Source: Bdellovibrionales bacterium | Lineage (GTDB): Bacteria > Bdellovibrionota > Bdellovibrionia > Bdellovibrionales > UBA1609 | Assembly: GCA_965199825.1 (NCBI GenBank) | Contig: OZ241329.1 | Coordinates: 544,001-608,000, forward strand | Length of the DNA: 64,000 nt | Direction of reading: 5' to 3' | In this document: positions 1-10,574 of the stretch, piece after piece | Numbering within the stretch: position 1 is the first letter of the stretch | Layout: the number at the start of each line of letters is the position of its first letter | Notes under the pieces: generated by a model | Database searches by the model: none | What the model was told of the DNA's origin: nothing | What the model saw: only the letters and a program-made list of their open reading frames with translations | Program-made: the position numbers and the translations under genes

Positions 1-618
1 ATGATAAAAATTTTTCTAGCTGCTTTTATTTCGGGGACTTGTCTTGCCGAAACCGTTTTCACCAAAGATCAAATTAAAACTATTTTTGATAAAGAACATC
101 CGCAGGCTGTTGATCAGCTCGCTAAAAAAGGAATTTCTACTAATGATTTGTATGATCTTGTAAGAGCCATTCGACTTTTAAATGATCCGGTCGTCACCGC
201 GTCGGGCACTTTGGCCATTTCCAGCGTTTTGCTCTTAGTTTCGCGTCAACTGAGTCACCTAATGGAAAAATCGGGCGATATCGCCTACGCCCTCGAAGTA
301 TATGATACTAACGAAGGTGATCTGCTCGGGCCGGTCGAGGCAGATTCTTATTCCCTCCAATCTATTTTATTTAAATCGCTCAATATTCTGATGCTTAAAA
401 CCTTTGATATTATTGAAATCAAAAAACTTTTAGCCGTCGTGCATTTTGTCACTCCTCAGATGGCGACCGCGCTAGATGCGATCGAAGACGCCTGTACCCG
501 AAAACTCGAACTGTTCCCGCAGTTTGTCGGGAGCGGGAACCAATTGATGTTGGCCTCGCTCCAGCGTCACTTGCGAGATTTATTGTGGCTTGGGGAAGGC
601 TTTAGAAACTTAAACTGA
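1..618 (+). CDS. secreted hypothetical protein, tandem paralogue 1
   Basis: Signal-peptide-like N-terminus; shares ISTxD..AIRLLNDP, SRQ, SGD..Y and AC motifs with the next two ORFs; starts at the window edge. Confidence 0.75.
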   Translation: MIKIFLAAFISGTCLAETVFTKDQIKTIFDKEHPQAVDQLAKKGISTNDLYDLVRAIRLLNDPVVTASGTLAISSVLLLVSRQLSHLMEKSGDIAYALEVYDTNEGDLLGPVEADSYSLQSILFKSLNILMLKTFDIIEIKKLLAVVHFVTPQMATALDAIEDACTRKLELFPQFVGSGNQLMLASLQRHLRDLLWLGEGFRNLN

Positions 619-695
619 CGACCTATTGAGTAAACAATTTTTCATAAGTCACATTAAATATATTTTATCAAACTCAGACTTGCTAAGAGCCAAGT

Positions 696-1313
696 ATGAT
701 TAAATATTTACTTTTTATGATTTTGAGTCTTCCTTGCCTGGCCGATACTGCGTTTACAAAAAGTGAGTCTGATCTTTATTTAAAAAAACACTTTTCCAAA
801 TATGTTATAGAGCTCGAACGCGGAAAAATTAGCACTGGCGATATTTTTGAATTGCTGCAGGCGATTCGACTTTTGAACGATCCCATTATTTTGCGCGTGA
901 GTCCTCTTGGTGTAGACACCACCTTAGTTTTAATTTCTCAACGGATTGCCTATTTGTTGGAGCGTTCAAAGGATCTTGCATATCTTGTCACTCTCGCGGA
1001 TATCTTCGAAGGTGAAGATCCTTTGCCTGGCAAATCACCCAAAGTTTCATTTGAAGGTCATTTATTTTTGGTCTTGAGCGCCTTGCTTTTAAAAACTTTT
1101 AACGACGGAGAAATTCAGCAGCTTTTAAATACGATACACAATCATTCAGGGCCTATCTCCTCGGCTTTTCAATCCATTGGACTCGCGTGCACACTTCAGT
1201 TGGCTGCCGTTCCTAATAATCTGGGCGATGCTAATTTTTTGGCGTTAACAGCTTTTGAAACATACATGGAAGCGCTCCCTGAGTTGCGCAGTTTGTTTCA
1301 GAATTTTAAATAA
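696..1313 (+). CDS. secreted hypothetical protein, tandem paralogue 2
   Basis: Same length (205 aa) and motifs as 1..618 (CLA-DT, AIRLLNDP). Confidence 0.8.
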   Translation: MIKYLLFMILSLPCLADTAFTKSESDLYLKKHFSKYVIELERGKISTGDIFELLQAIRLLNDPIILRVSPLGVDTTLVLISQRIAYLLERSKDLAYLVTLADIFEGEDPLPGKSPKVSFEGHLFLVLSALLLKTFNDGEIQQLLNTIHNHSGPISSAFQSIGLACTLQLAAVPNNLGDANFLALTAFETYMEALPELRSLFQNFK

Positions 1314-1437
1314 GTACTTCATAAATAAAAAACTGTTTATAACAATTTCTGTAGCACAAAATTGGAACTGACTTAAAATTTTCATTGTATTTCAATTCGC
1401 TATTTTTGAGCTCAAAGAATGAAGTAAGACAGCACAC

Positions 1438-2067
1438 ATGGCGAAGGTTGTTTTAGCGATTTTTCTTTTAATGAATTCTGCCTCTTCGAGAGTTCTTTTC
1501 CAACTGCCTAAAGGCGAGGCCTTTCTCAGACAAAACCATCTCCCTTATGTTAAAAAAATTGAATCGGCCAATATCACCCTCAATGAAATTTTTGATGTCA
1601 TGCAGACGCTAGTGGTGCTTCACGATAAGGATCAAGCATTAGAAAGTGACCCTTTAGCAAGCAAAGCGGCTCTTGTCGCAGCTTCACGTCAGATTGCAAC
1701 TTTGCTCGACCGGTCTGGTGATAAAGAGTATCAGATCGCTCTGGCAAATTTTAACCAAGGGGTTGAGCCGCCACCCACCCTCCAAACGACTCTAGATTCG
1801 GCAGTTTTTTTTGTGATCATTTTTCTCTATACTGAATATCTTAAAAGACATGAAGTTAAAGGTTTCATTCAAACTTTTAACCAACATTACGAGGCGGCAA
1901 AATCGGAATTGGATATTCAGGATAATGCCTGCGTGAACCGCTTGCAAAAAAAACCAGAAATCGGGTACGGCGCAAATGCCTTTGCTATGTTTGGCCTAAA
2001 AAAATATCTGCACGAGATCCCTGTGATGAAAAGTCAGTTAACAAGGATGCGCTGTTTCACTAAATAA
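1438..2067 (+). CDS. secreted hypothetical protein, tandem paralogue 3 (more divergent)
   Basis: 209 aa, signal peptide, SRQIATLLDRSGD.EY and NAC motifs align with the two upstream ORFs. Confidence 0.75.
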   Translation: MAKVVLAIFLLMNSASSRVLFQLPKGEAFLRQNHLPYVKKIESANITLNEIFDVMQTLVVLHDKDQALESDPLASKAALVAASRQIATLLDRSGDKEYQIALANFNQGVEPPPTLQTTLDSAVFFVIIFLYTEYLKRHEVKGFIQTFNQHYEAAKSELDIQDNACVNRLQKKPEIGYGANAFAMFGLKKYLHEIPVMKSQLTRMRCFTK

Positions 2068-2107
2068 AGTTGGGTAAAGGTGCACGACCCAATCGCTGGC
2101 ACCTCTT

Positions 2108-2138
2108 AAAAAAAACCCTCAGGCCGCAAGGCCCGAGG
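2108..2138 (-). terminator. intrinsic terminator of the flagellar operon
   Basis: Minus strand CCTCGGGCC-TTGC-GGCCTGAGG followed by G and a T8 run, just after the flgE stop. Confidence 0.8.
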
Positions 2139-2151
2139 AATCAAATTCTAA

Positions 2152-3438
2152 TTATCTCTTGAGATTAATAACTTCTTGAAGCAATTCATCGGTCGTCGTG
2201 ATGGTCTTTGCGTTCGCCTGAAAGGATCTTTGGTTCTGAATCAGGTTAACGAATTCCATTGCTAAATCCACTGTTGATCGCTCTAAGGATTTGGCGAATA
2301 ATTTTCCGCGACCGGCGGCTCCGGGTTTTCCTGCAGCAGGAGTTCCTGAATCGCGGGCTTCTTTAAAGCGGTTGTTACCCACTTTAAACAAACCTTCGGC
2401 ATTTTCGAATTTCGCCAAAGCGATTTGACCCAAATCTTGAGTGGATCCATTGCTGTAAAGACCGGTCAACATCCCCTCGTCATTGAATGACAAATTGGTG
2501 ATCGTGCCCGCGGCTGTTCCGTCTTGATTCCAAGTGATCAAATCTGAATCTTTACCGTACTGTTTGGTTCCATCAACCCCTTTGCCTTTATCGGTTGTGA
2601 TCGAATCACCGAAATCGATTTTGACTTGTTGATTCTGGGTCGCTCCACCTTTGAAGTTGAAGCTTTGGCTTGTGACAGTTTCGGTATCTAGTTTTCCATC
2701 GGGTGTGAACGTCAATTGACCTTCGCATACTTGGCTGAGTTTTCCGTCTTCGCCGTTTGTGACTTCGCGGCCATCAACCATTCCATGGTAATCCCATGTG
2801 CGCTCGGCCGAACGATTAAAGAACATCGAAACCAAATGCTTCACACCTTGTGAATCGTAAACTTCAACACCGGTTGAGTAGTGTGAAGAATCATAAGGAT
2901 TTGCGGGATCGAATTTTTTAACTGAATCAATACGCGAATCCAAATTCATATCCATGTGGACTTCGCTTGTGGCTTTTGCAGGAATCAAAGCGCGTGGGAA
3001 TCTGAGATCACCCATCTTGTTGATCACTTTTCCTTTTTCATCGACTTGATAACCTTGAACGCGTTGCTTATCGTTCGTAACCAAAAATCCTTCGCGATCA
3101 AAGTGAAGCGATCCATCACGTGTAAACGAATCACCATCAGATCCATGAAGAACAAAGTAACCATCACCAGAGATGGCAAGATCGGTCGCTTTTTCTGTGG
3201 AATCAACGTTACCTTGAGACAAGATCGGATTGACCGCACCGATTTTTACTCCGCGCCCAATTTGGTTTCCGCCCAAGATTCCTTTTAAACTTTTTGAAAC
3301 GATATCTTGGAATTCCGCGCGGCTCGCTTTAAATCCCACGGTGTTTGCGTTTGCGATGTTATCGCCGATAACGCCTAATGCTTCACCTTGTGCTTGTAAG
3401 CCGGATACACCGGTATATAAAGAAGAAAGAACGCCCAT
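2152..3438 (-). CDS. flgE: flagellar hook protein FlgE
   Basis: SLYTGVSGL..GDNIANANTVGFK N-terminus and LERSTVDLA..QRSFQANAK C-terminus; start moved to the ATG at 3438. Confidence 0.95.
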   Translation of the reverse strand: MGVLSSLYTGVSGLQAQGEALGVIGDNIANANTVGFKASRAEFQDIVSKSLKGILGGNQIGRGVKIGAVNPILSQGNVDSTEKATDLAISGDGYFVLHGSDGDSFTRDGSLHFDREGFLVTNDKQRVQGYQVDEKGKVINKMGDLRFPRALIPAKATSEVHMDMNLDSRIDSVKKFDPANPYDSSHYSTGVEVYDSQGVKHLVSMFFNRSAERTWDYHGMVDGREVTNGEDGKLSQVCEGQLTFTPDGKLDTETVTSQSFNFKGGATQNQQVKIDFGDSITTDKGKGVDGTKQYGKDSDLITWNQDGTAAGTITNLSFNDEGMLTGLYSNGSTQDLGQIALAKFENAEGLFKVGNNRFKEARDSGTPAAGKPGAAGRGKLFAKSLERSTVDLAMEFVNLIQNQRSFQANAKTITTTDELLQEVINLKR

Positions 3439-3523
3439 TGTGACCTCCATGTCGTCCACTTCGCATTCGGCGAAGAGGATTTGGAGGGACTTCCTCAAAG
3501 AGGACCAGTCCCTAAATTGTTTA

Positions 3524-3928
3524 TTAAATAACTACAGTACTATCTATATTCGTAAAAACATTTTCCTTTAGTTGTGATTTGTCCATTACCGTTACAATCG
3601 TATTATTCTTAACTGCTACAATCAGTGCCGACTTATCTGTAAGCACCAAAGTATTCTGTGCTCCCTTTTGTGCCGCCTTATCAACAGCGCCTTGGATTTG
3701 TCCAAGCTCTTGCTGATTAAAAGACATGCCTCTTACACGCATACGGTCCACCGCATGGTTGCTGAATTTTAAACCTGAAGTCTGAGTGGGAGTTTGTAAT
3801 CCCATCTGCTCAGGCATAATTCCTTTTAGAATTTCGCTAAACTGTGGCCCCTGTCCTTGCGGCTTTGATATCTCTCGTGAGAGAGGCGAATCAACCCGCG
3901 GGGTTTGTTTTATCGAAAGATCTTTCAA
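3524..3928 (-). CDS. flagellar operon protein (TIGR02530-like)
   Basis: LKFSNHA..R and NVFTNIDSTV motifs; lies between flgD and flgE. Confidence 0.85.
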   Translation of the reverse strand: MKDLSIKQTPRVDSPLSREISKPQGQGPQFSEILKGIMPEQMGLQTPTQTSGLKFSNHAVDRMRVRGMSFNQQELGQIQGAVDKAAQKGAQNTLVLTDKSALIVAVKNNTIVTVMDKSQLKENVFTNIDSTVVI

Positions 3929-4897
3929 TTAAAGCGCTCCCTGCTTTTTCAAAGTATTCATAATTCCACTACTCATACCTAATTGATTTAATCCTGATTT
4001 TACATTTCCGGGAAGTCCAGAAGTGCTTGGAGCTCCAGGATTTAATAATGCGCCCATGTTTGGAAGCATTCCGGTATTTACTGGTGCTTCTTGTTTTTGT
4101 GGCGAAACAATTTTATCAACATCACTCATACGAATTTGTTGTTTACCGACATTGAGCAAAGGCCCTGTGGGAGTGAATGTCAGGCCGTCGATGGTGCCAT
4201 CGAATTTTGTTTCGGCCCAAATCTTTTGACCCGAAGAATTTTTGGCTTCGATATCAAAATGGTACTCGCCCGCACGCGCATTTGTTCCGTTATCGAGTGC
4301 ACCATTCCAAGTAAGATCATTACGACCCGCTTTAAGATTACTAAATTCGAGAGTGCGAACCGTTTTGCCTTCTTCGTCTTTGACATGAACTTCGGCTTTG
4401 ACCGCATCGGCTTTTAATTGAAAGCGGATGGGATGAGCGCCTGTGGCTTCCATTCTTAAAATCTTTGATGAATCTCCACTGACCGCTTTGCCAATCAAAT
4501 TCAATGCTTCGTAATTTTGTGCCGGCTGCTGCTCTTTACGAAGTCCTTTGATGCTGTCATCAATGTTGGTCAACTTTTCAAGCGAAGTGAACTGCGCCAA
4601 TTGAGCCGACATTTCATGAGACTTGAGTGGATTTGTTGGATCTTGGTTTTTCATTTGAGTGAGCAGCAAACGCATAAATGCATCTTTATCAAGATTGGGA
4701 TTACCAACCGTTCGCGGCTTTTTATCGGGATTAATATAATTAGGATCAGCCGCTTTATTTAAAAGCTCGCCAACATCTTCGCCGCCCTGAAACTTATCTT
4801 TGTCGATTGCCGAAACGGTTTGACTCTTATCCCCACCAAGATCTGATTGCTGCTCGGACTTTGAATAATTTTGGGTTTGCCGACTGATACTCATCAT
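3929..4897 (-). CDS. flgD: flagellar hook capping protein FlgD
   Basis: LDKDAFMRLLLTQMKNQDPTNP motif plus Ig-like region. Confidence 0.93.
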   Translation of the reverse strand: MMSISRQTQNYSKSEQQSDLGGDKSQTVSAIDKDKFQGGEDVGELLNKAADPNYINPDKKPRTVGNPNLDKDAFMRLLLTQMKNQDPTNPLKSHEMSAQLAQFTSLEKLTNIDDSIKGLRKEQQPAQNYEALNLIGKAVSGDSSKILRMEATGAHPIRFQLKADAVKAEVHVKDEEGKTVRTLEFSNLKAGRNDLTWNGALDNGTNARAGEYHFDIEAKNSSGQKIWAETKFDGTIDGLTFTPTGPLLNVGKQQIRMSDVDKIVSPQKQEAPVNTGMLPNMGALLNPGAPSTSGLPGNVKSGLNQLGMSSGIMNTLKKQGAL

Positions 4898-4900
4898 AAA

Positions 4901-6316
4901 TTAAGCCACCAAATTCAATCGCCGTGAAGCAATTGTGCTGTTGTTGTTTTGTGAAGACAGACCGGCCGCGACTTTTGGTGAATATCCACGTTGTTGAGAT
5001 TCACCAAATTCTTGTCTCTGATTTTGATTCAAATTTTGATTAAAATTCTCAGCCATTTGTCGCTGAGGGGGCGGCTGTTGTTGTTGTTGATCAAAATTAA
5101 ACGAAGAATCGCGTGTGACATCCACACGAATACTTGCGACTTCGAGTTGATGACTGCTCAATCCAACTTTTAAATCCTGAAGGCTATGCTCGATTGCTTT
5201 TTTTGCATCGTTAGAATCGGTAAGCATCTCAACTTGCACTTGGCCATCTTGCACCGAAATCTTGAGCTGAACTTGGCCAAGACCTTCAGGCTGCAGTTGC
5301 ACCTTCATCTCGCCCCCACCCTTTTTGATCAGGATTTGGGATTGCTGAATGATCTCATCAATATTTTTTTCGGCTTGGGGAGCGCCCGTTTTTAAAACTT
5401 CTGAAAAGCTTTTTGTGGTTTGAGTTTTGGTCCCTTCGCTCACTAAAAATTTATCAGAAGTTAAAATCTCGTCGTCTTGCGAAAGGTCCTCTTCGCCGTC
5501 AAACTCCTGTTTGGCTTCGGCTTGGACCACGGGTGCTTCAACTAACGTGAGCGGCGCAATTTCGGTGGGCTCAGAAGCATTTGATTCTTTCGCCATGTCT
5601 TTTTGAACTGGTGCTGGCATTTGATAAGCCGCAATCACTTGGGGTTCGACCAGCTTCAATTCTTTTGGAATTTCAAATTGGGCTGGAGCTGCATCTTGTT
5701 CAGGCTGCTCGGTGACTTCGTTTTGAGCAAGAGGCTCTGAAAACTCTTTGAGTTCTAAAGATTCTGGTACAGCGACAGGCTCATTCGCAGCCAAGGGTTC
5801 ACTCGCCACTGCCGCTTGATCGATTGCTTGTGGCAAGACAGCCGGAGTCGACAAATAAGGCATCGCTTGAAGCGCTGTTAATGTGTCGCTGATTTTTTCG
5901 GGCGCTTCATTTTCGGTGGGTTCAATTTTTTGTAAGAGATCTTTAAATAATGAGCGAGCAGTTTCGATTTGTGCGGGTGGAAGTTTTAATCCTTCAACCA
6001 ATTTTGAAATATTTTGTTCAGGTGGTTTTGCAAGATCCTCTGCCGATAATTGGGCAAATGCTTCCACCACTTTTTCGGGCTTCACATTGAGTTTTGAACT
6101 CATTTGCTGCAAAAAATCGAGCATCGGTTGTTCATCTGTTTCGATTGATTCTTCGGGCTCAGTTGCTGCGGTTTCAACCGCATCCGCTTCAATCGTGTCG
6201 TCGGAATCGAAAGCCTCGAGATGTTCGCTAAAATCAAGACCACCATCTGCTACAGATGGGATCTCCTGATTTTCTTGAGTGGGGCTTAAAATGTCAGAGA
6301 CAGATTGAATTTGCAT
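4901..6316 (-). CDS. fliK: flagellar hook-length control protein FliK
   Basis: Acidic low-complexity N-terminus; C-terminal LQPEGLGQVQL domain. Confidence 0.88.
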   Translation of the reverse strand: MQIQSVSDILSPTQENQEIPSVADGGLDFSEHLEAFDSDDTIEADAVETAATEPEESIETDEQPMLDFLQQMSSKLNVKPEKVVEAFAQLSAEDLAKPPEQNISKLVEGLKLPPAQIETARSLFKDLLQKIEPTENEAPEKISDTLTALQAMPYLSTPAVLPQAIDQAAVASEPLAANEPVAVPESLELKEFSEPLAQNEVTEQPEQDAAPAQFEIPKELKLVEPQVIAAYQMPAPVQKDMAKESNASEPTEIAPLTLVEAPVVQAEAKQEFDGEEDLSQDDEILTSDKFLVSEGTKTQTTKSFSEVLKTGAPQAEKNIDEIIQQSQILIKKGGGEMKVQLQPEGLGQVQLKISVQDGQVQVEMLTDSNDAKKAIEHSLQDLKVGLSSHQLEVASIRVDVTRDSSFNFDQQQQQPPPQRQMAENFNQNLNQNQRQEFGESQQRGYSPKVAAGLSSQNNNSTIASRRLNLVA

Positions 6317-7020
6317 TAGCGCCTTTTGTATCCAGCAAATTTTTCGGAAATCACTTGGGCTTTCGCCGAGGTCAAAAGATTCATGATGTCAGCAGCATTT
6401 TTTTTCTTCATGCGGCCCAAGATCTCAACAGCAAGGTCTTCATTCAGCGCGCTTAAGATTTCGGCGGCTTGTTTTGCTTTCATGTTGGAGTAAAATTCCA
6501 CCAGCTTATCTACCTTTGCTTGATCTGTTTCGATCTTCTCTTTGAGGACCACACCAATTTGTGCGCGAATCTCTTCTAACTTTTTAATTCGCGCTTCGAC
6601 TTCTCCTCTTTGTCTATGCAATTCATCTTCCATCTCGCCGAGCTCTTTTTCTCTCAAGTCGAGTTCTTTTTTTCGCTCGGTTAACTTACTTAAATAACTT
6701 AAGTCTTCGTCTTTTTTATTTTCACTGGTGGCAGTTTTTGATTTCTTTTCTTTTGCTTCACCGGCAGCAGAATCTGCCGGCAATTCAACCTTGGTCGCGG
6801 AAGATTTTGCCGGCGCATCGTCGGTTGCGGAGGCTGCGCCCATGAATTGAATTTCTACAGATTGAAATAAATGATCAAATTCTTTTGGAAATAAAAAGCA
6901 CCAGCTCACCGCTGCACACACCACAAGCGAAATCAAAAAAGGACCTAGCGGAAATACAGGCTTTTTTTTCTTTTTTGCTTTGGCTGCTTCTTTAAAAAAC
7001 TTGTCATAACCTGATTTCAT
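6316..7020 (-). CDS. MotE/FlbB-like flagellar protein (TM, coiled coil, MgtE-N-like domain)
   Basis: KLVEFYSNMKAKQAAEIL motif; position between fliJ and fliK. Confidence 0.8.
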   Translation of the reverse strand: MKSGYDKFFKEAAKAKKKKKPVFPLGPFLISLVVCAAVSWCFLFPKEFDHLFQSVEIQFMGAASATDDAPAKSSATKVELPADSAAGEAKEKKSKTATSENKKDEDLSYLSKLTERKKELDLREKELGEMEDELHRQRGEVEARIKKLEEIRAQIGVVLKEKIETDQAKVDKLVEFYSNMKAKQAAEILSALNEDLAVEILGRMKKKNAADIMNLLTSAKAQVISEKFAGYKRR

Positions 7021-7475
7021 TTATTGCCTCCAATGCGGCTGCCGACTTCATCCATGATCTTCATGTCGAGTTTCTTTTGGGTGATCTTAAAGTCAGCATG
7101 TTTACGATCTTTTAATAACTCTAATACTTTACGCTCACGTTGGGCTTGCGTCAGTTCTTCTTGCTTTTCGTCTGCGGTGGAAAGAAGTTCCCGGGCTTTC
7201 ATCCGGGCCGCATCGATCCTAATTTTTTGACCTTGGATAAAATCCTCTTGTAGCCCAAGATGATTGGCGCTCGATCCCTGAAGAGCTGCGTTTTTGATTG
7301 AGAGTCTGGCGTCATCAATCGCTTGATACATCTGCTCGATTTCTAATAGGGCTTGATCGGCCTTGGCCCGGGCCTGAAGATAATTGGCCCGCGCTTGCTC
7401 TTCGAGAGTGCGGCGATAACGCAAAATACTCTCGAGTTTAAAACGAAACTTCAAAAAGTCCCCAAGAGACCACAC
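7017..7475 (-). CDS. fliJ: flagellar export protein FliJ
   Basis: FRFKLESILRYR..EEQA and ERKVLELLK..MDE motifs; follows fliI; start may be slightly downstream. Confidence 0.85.
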   Translation of the reverse strand: MWSLGDFLKFRFKLESILRYRRTLEEQARANYLQARAKADQALLEIEQMYQAIDDARLSIKNAALQGSSANHLGLQEDFIQGQKIRIDAARMKARELLSTADEKQEELTQAQRERKVLELLKDRKHADFKITQKKLDMKIMDEVGSRIGGNK

Positions 7476-8782
7476 AATTGATTTTCGGCATCGTCAAAAT
7501 TAGAAATGTCTGTGACATCTTGGCGCAAATAAATTTCCATCGGCTCATAAAGATGGATCGCTCGATCGATCTGCGAGTTTGCACCTTGTTTGTAAGCTCC
7601 GATGTTGATCAAATCTTCGGCCTGAGAATAAGTCGCCATCAATTCGCGAAATGATCTGGCGGCTTGCTTATGTCTTTGATCGACCACCTGATTCATCACC
7701 CGACTTGTGCTGCGCAAAACATCAATCGCCGGAAAATGCCCTTTTTGAGCAAGTCTGCGATCGAGCACAACGTGACCATCGGTGATGGATCTTACCGCAT
7801 CGGCAATGGGATCATCGAAATCATCGCCCTCAACAAGCACAGTATAAAGTCCAGTGATCGTGCCGCTGTTTTCAAAAGTTCCGGCACGCTCTAACAATTT
7901 TGGTAACAGTGCAAAAACACTTGGGGTGTAGCCCTTAGTCGTTGGTGGCTCACCAGAATTCAATCCAATTTCACGTTGAGCCATTGCAAATCGAGTGACT
8001 GAATCCATCATCAACAAAACATGTTTTGTTTGAGCACAAAAATAAGATGCGATGGTTGATGCCACAAATGCTGCGCGCATTCTTAACAGTGCACTCTGAT
8101 CGGAAGTTGCAACCACAACAACCGAGCGCTTGAGTCCCTCTTCGCCCAAAATATTTTCGATAAATTCTCGAACCTCACGACCCCGCTCGCCGACTAAGGC
8201 AATCACGTTGACATCGGCATTCGAATTTTTGGCCATCATACCCAGCAAAACCGATTTGCCCACGCCCGAGCCCGCCATAAAGGCAACCCGTTGGCCGCGA
8301 CCAAGAGTCAACAAACCATCAAGAGCTCGCACTCCCAAACTGATCGGCTCATGAATCGGTGGCCGCGAAAGCGGATTGACGTTTGAGCTATAGATATTGC
8401 TCTCTTCACTCACATGGATTGGGCCCTTGCCGTCGATCGGATTACCTAGAGCATCGATCACTCGGCCTAACAGACCAGGCCCTAAGCCAATGCTTGAGCC
8501 TGTGCCAACCAACACGATGCGCGAGCCAAGACCAATCCCCCGCAGTTCGCCAAGAGGCATAAACAAAACTTGATTATCTTGAAATCCAATCACTTCGCTT
8601 AAAAAAAATTCTTTTGTGGTGAGCGAGTGAATTTCGCACACTGCTCCGAGCGAGGCTTGCGGCAAAAATCCTTTGATTAAAAATCCGGTAACTTGGGTGA
8701 CTTTGCCAAGCTCTTTTGAGAGATCGCAGGAACTGACAACTTTTTGATACTTATTGAAATCAACATTTAAGTTGAAACTCAC
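7451..8782 (-). CDS. fliI: flagellar export ATPase FliI
   Basis: Walker A AGSGVGKS, GERGREV, MDSVTRFA. Confidence 0.95.
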   Translation of the reverse strand: MSFNLNVDFNKYQKVVSSCDLSKELGKVTQVTGFLIKGFLPQASLGAVCEIHSLTTKEFFLSEVIGFQDNQVLFMPLGELRGIGLGSRIVLVGTGSSIGLGPGLLGRVIDALGNPIDGKGPIHVSEESNIYSSNVNPLSRPPIHEPISLGVRALDGLLTLGRGQRVAFMAGSGVGKSVLLGMMAKNSNADVNVIALVGERGREVREFIENILGEEGLKRSVVVVATSDQSALLRMRAAFVASTIASYFCAQTKHVLLMMDSVTRFAMAQREIGLNSGEPPTTKGYTPSVFALLPKLLERAGTFENSGTITGLYTVLVEGDDFDDPIADAVRSITDGHVVLDRRLAQKGHFPAIDVLRSTSRVMNQVVDQRHKQAARSFRELMATYSQAEDLINIGAYKQGANSQIDRAIHLYEPMEIYLRQDVTDISNFDDAENQLCGLLGTF

Positions 8783-9546
8783 AGAGGTTGACCCTCAGGT
8801 GGTGGAAGTTTGGCTAAAGTGGATTGCCATAATTTGGCCACACGCTCTTCTACCGTGGCATCGGTCATGCCGTGAAAGGTTTCAATGGTGCAACCACCCA
8901 CGTGGATGCGCTCGTCTGCCTCAAACTTGGCTTTTTTAAAAAACTCTTTGGCGAAAGTTTCGCGAACCGAAATTAAAAATTCGCAGTCTTTGGGATTTAC
9001 ACGCACCGTGATCTGCTCTTCGTTTTCGATTTGACCCAGAGTCTCTTTTAAAACACCCAAGATCATGTCAGGGCTTTGCGAAATTTCACGGTAAGCAATG
9101 CGCGAGGCCATTGTGAGCATCAACTTTAAAATCGTCTCTTCGTTTTGGCGCAAAATCTCTGAACTTAAATTTTCGATTGATCCTAAGAATTCATCAAGGT
9201 GATCAATTTTTTGTTTAAAATTAATTTCGGCTTCGTTAAATGCTTTTGTTTGACCTTGTTCGAGTCCGAGTTGGTAAGCCTCATGATAAGCTTTTTCTTG
9301 AACCTCTTTCAGACGTTCCAAAACCAGCACATCCACTTTTTGATCAAGGCTCTGGCGCTCGATGGTATCAAGCCCCGCCTTTAACGATGTCGCATCGCTC
9401 ACCTGAAAGTCTGAGCCGCGCACCTGAATATCAAACATCTGTTGAGCAACAGGACTTGTCACACGCGCAAACTCTTGGGGTTGAAAACCCATAACCACTT
9501 GGCTCACATCGCCGCGGCTTAAAACCGCTTTTTTAAACGAGGGCAT
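8779..9546 (-). CDS. fliH: flagellar assembly protein FliH
   Basis: AYQLGLEQG repeats, VRVNPKD, GGCTIET; ATG at 9546 preferred. Confidence 0.88.
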   Translation of the reverse strand: MPSFKKAVLSRGDVSQVVMGFQPQEFARVTSPVAQQMFDIQVRGSDFQVSDATSLKAGLDTIERQSLDQKVDVLVLERLKEVQEKAYHEAYQLGLEQGQTKAFNEAEINFKQKIDHLDEFLGSIENLSSEILRQNEETILKLMLTMASRIAYREISQSPDMILGVLKETLGQIENEEQITVRVNPKDCEFLISVRETFAKEFFKKAKFEADERIHVGGCTIETFHGMTDATVEERVAKLWQSTLAKLPPPEGQPL

Positions 9547-10570
9547 CTTCAGATCCTCCGCGGGCAATCAAGATTTTACCTTCGGCTTCGAGGCGTCGTG
9601 CGACGTTTACGATTTCCACCTGAGCCGATTCAACATCAGACAATCGTGATGGGCCCATGTTGGCCAAATCATCTTGAAGTAATTTTGCCGCCCGCTGAGA
9701 AATATTGCGGAATATTTTTGAGCGGATCTCTTCGCTTGAAGTTTTAAGAGCCAAAAGCAATTTATCGTTGGGCACTTCTTTAAGAAGAGTTTGAATTCCT
9801 TTGTCATCAATTTTGATGATGTCATCAAACACGAACATCAGTTTTCTGATCTCTTCGGCAAGCAATGGATCTTTTTCTTCGATGCGCGACATGATCGAGC
9901 CTTCGGTATTTTTATCCATCACGTTGAGCATCTCGGCCACTGGCTGCACTCCACCAAGAGAGGACTGCTCGACGGTTCCGATAGTTGAAAGCTCGGCCTT
10001 TAAAACCCGGTCGACTTCGGCAATGAGTTCTGGTGCGACGTGATCGAGATTTGCCAAACGCAATACCACTTCGGCTTGCAAGCTTTCGGGCAAACGTTTT
10101 AAAACTTCGCCCTTTTTTTCGGGCTCAAGATGCGCCAAGATCACCGCGATTGTTTGAGGATGTTCATTGATCAAAAAGTTTGAAAGAGATTTGGCATCTA
10201 CCAATTCTAAACTCTCAAGAGTTCGCTGCGAGGGTCCGGCGGCATTATTTAAATGGCCAAGAATTCCGCGGGCGCGCTCTTCGCCCACCGCTTCGATCAC
10301 GTTTTCTTTATTGGCACTTTCAGAAAAGATGTACTCTTGCGATTCGGAAAGCATTTCGTAGTATTCTTCTAAAACTTTTTTTGTCACATGGACCGGTACG
10401 ATTCTAAATTTTTGCATCATGCCGATCAATTTTCGAATATCGGCGTCCTCGACTTTTGCGAATAAATTTTTGAGGGCGGTTGGTCCTAAATAATTAATCA
10501 AGATCGCAGCTTTTTCAAAACCGCGAAGATCTTCAAACCGAATATTTTCTATCTTGATGAGCTTCGTCAC
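9533..10570 (-). CDS. fliG: flagellar motor switch protein FliG
   Basis: EHPQTIAVIL, GGVQPVAEMLN and MFVFDD motifs. Confidence 0.96.
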   Translation of the reverse strand: MTKLIKIENIRFEDLRGFEKAAILINYLGPTALKNLFAKVEDADIRKLIGMMQKFRIVPVHVTKKVLEEYYEMLSESQEYIFSESANKENVIEAVGEERARGILGHLNNAAGPSQRTLESLELVDAKSLSNFLINEHPQTIAVILAHLEPEKKGEVLKRLPESLQAEVVLRLANLDHVAPELIAEVDRVLKAELSTIGTVEQSSLGGVQPVAEMLNVMDKNTEGSIMSRIEEKDPLLAEEIRKLMFVFDDIIKIDDKGIQTLLKEVPNDKLLLALKTSSEEIRSKIFRNISQRAAKLLQDDLANMGPSRLSDVESAQVEIVNVARRLEAEGKILIARGGSEDALV

Positions 10571-10574
10571 TAAA

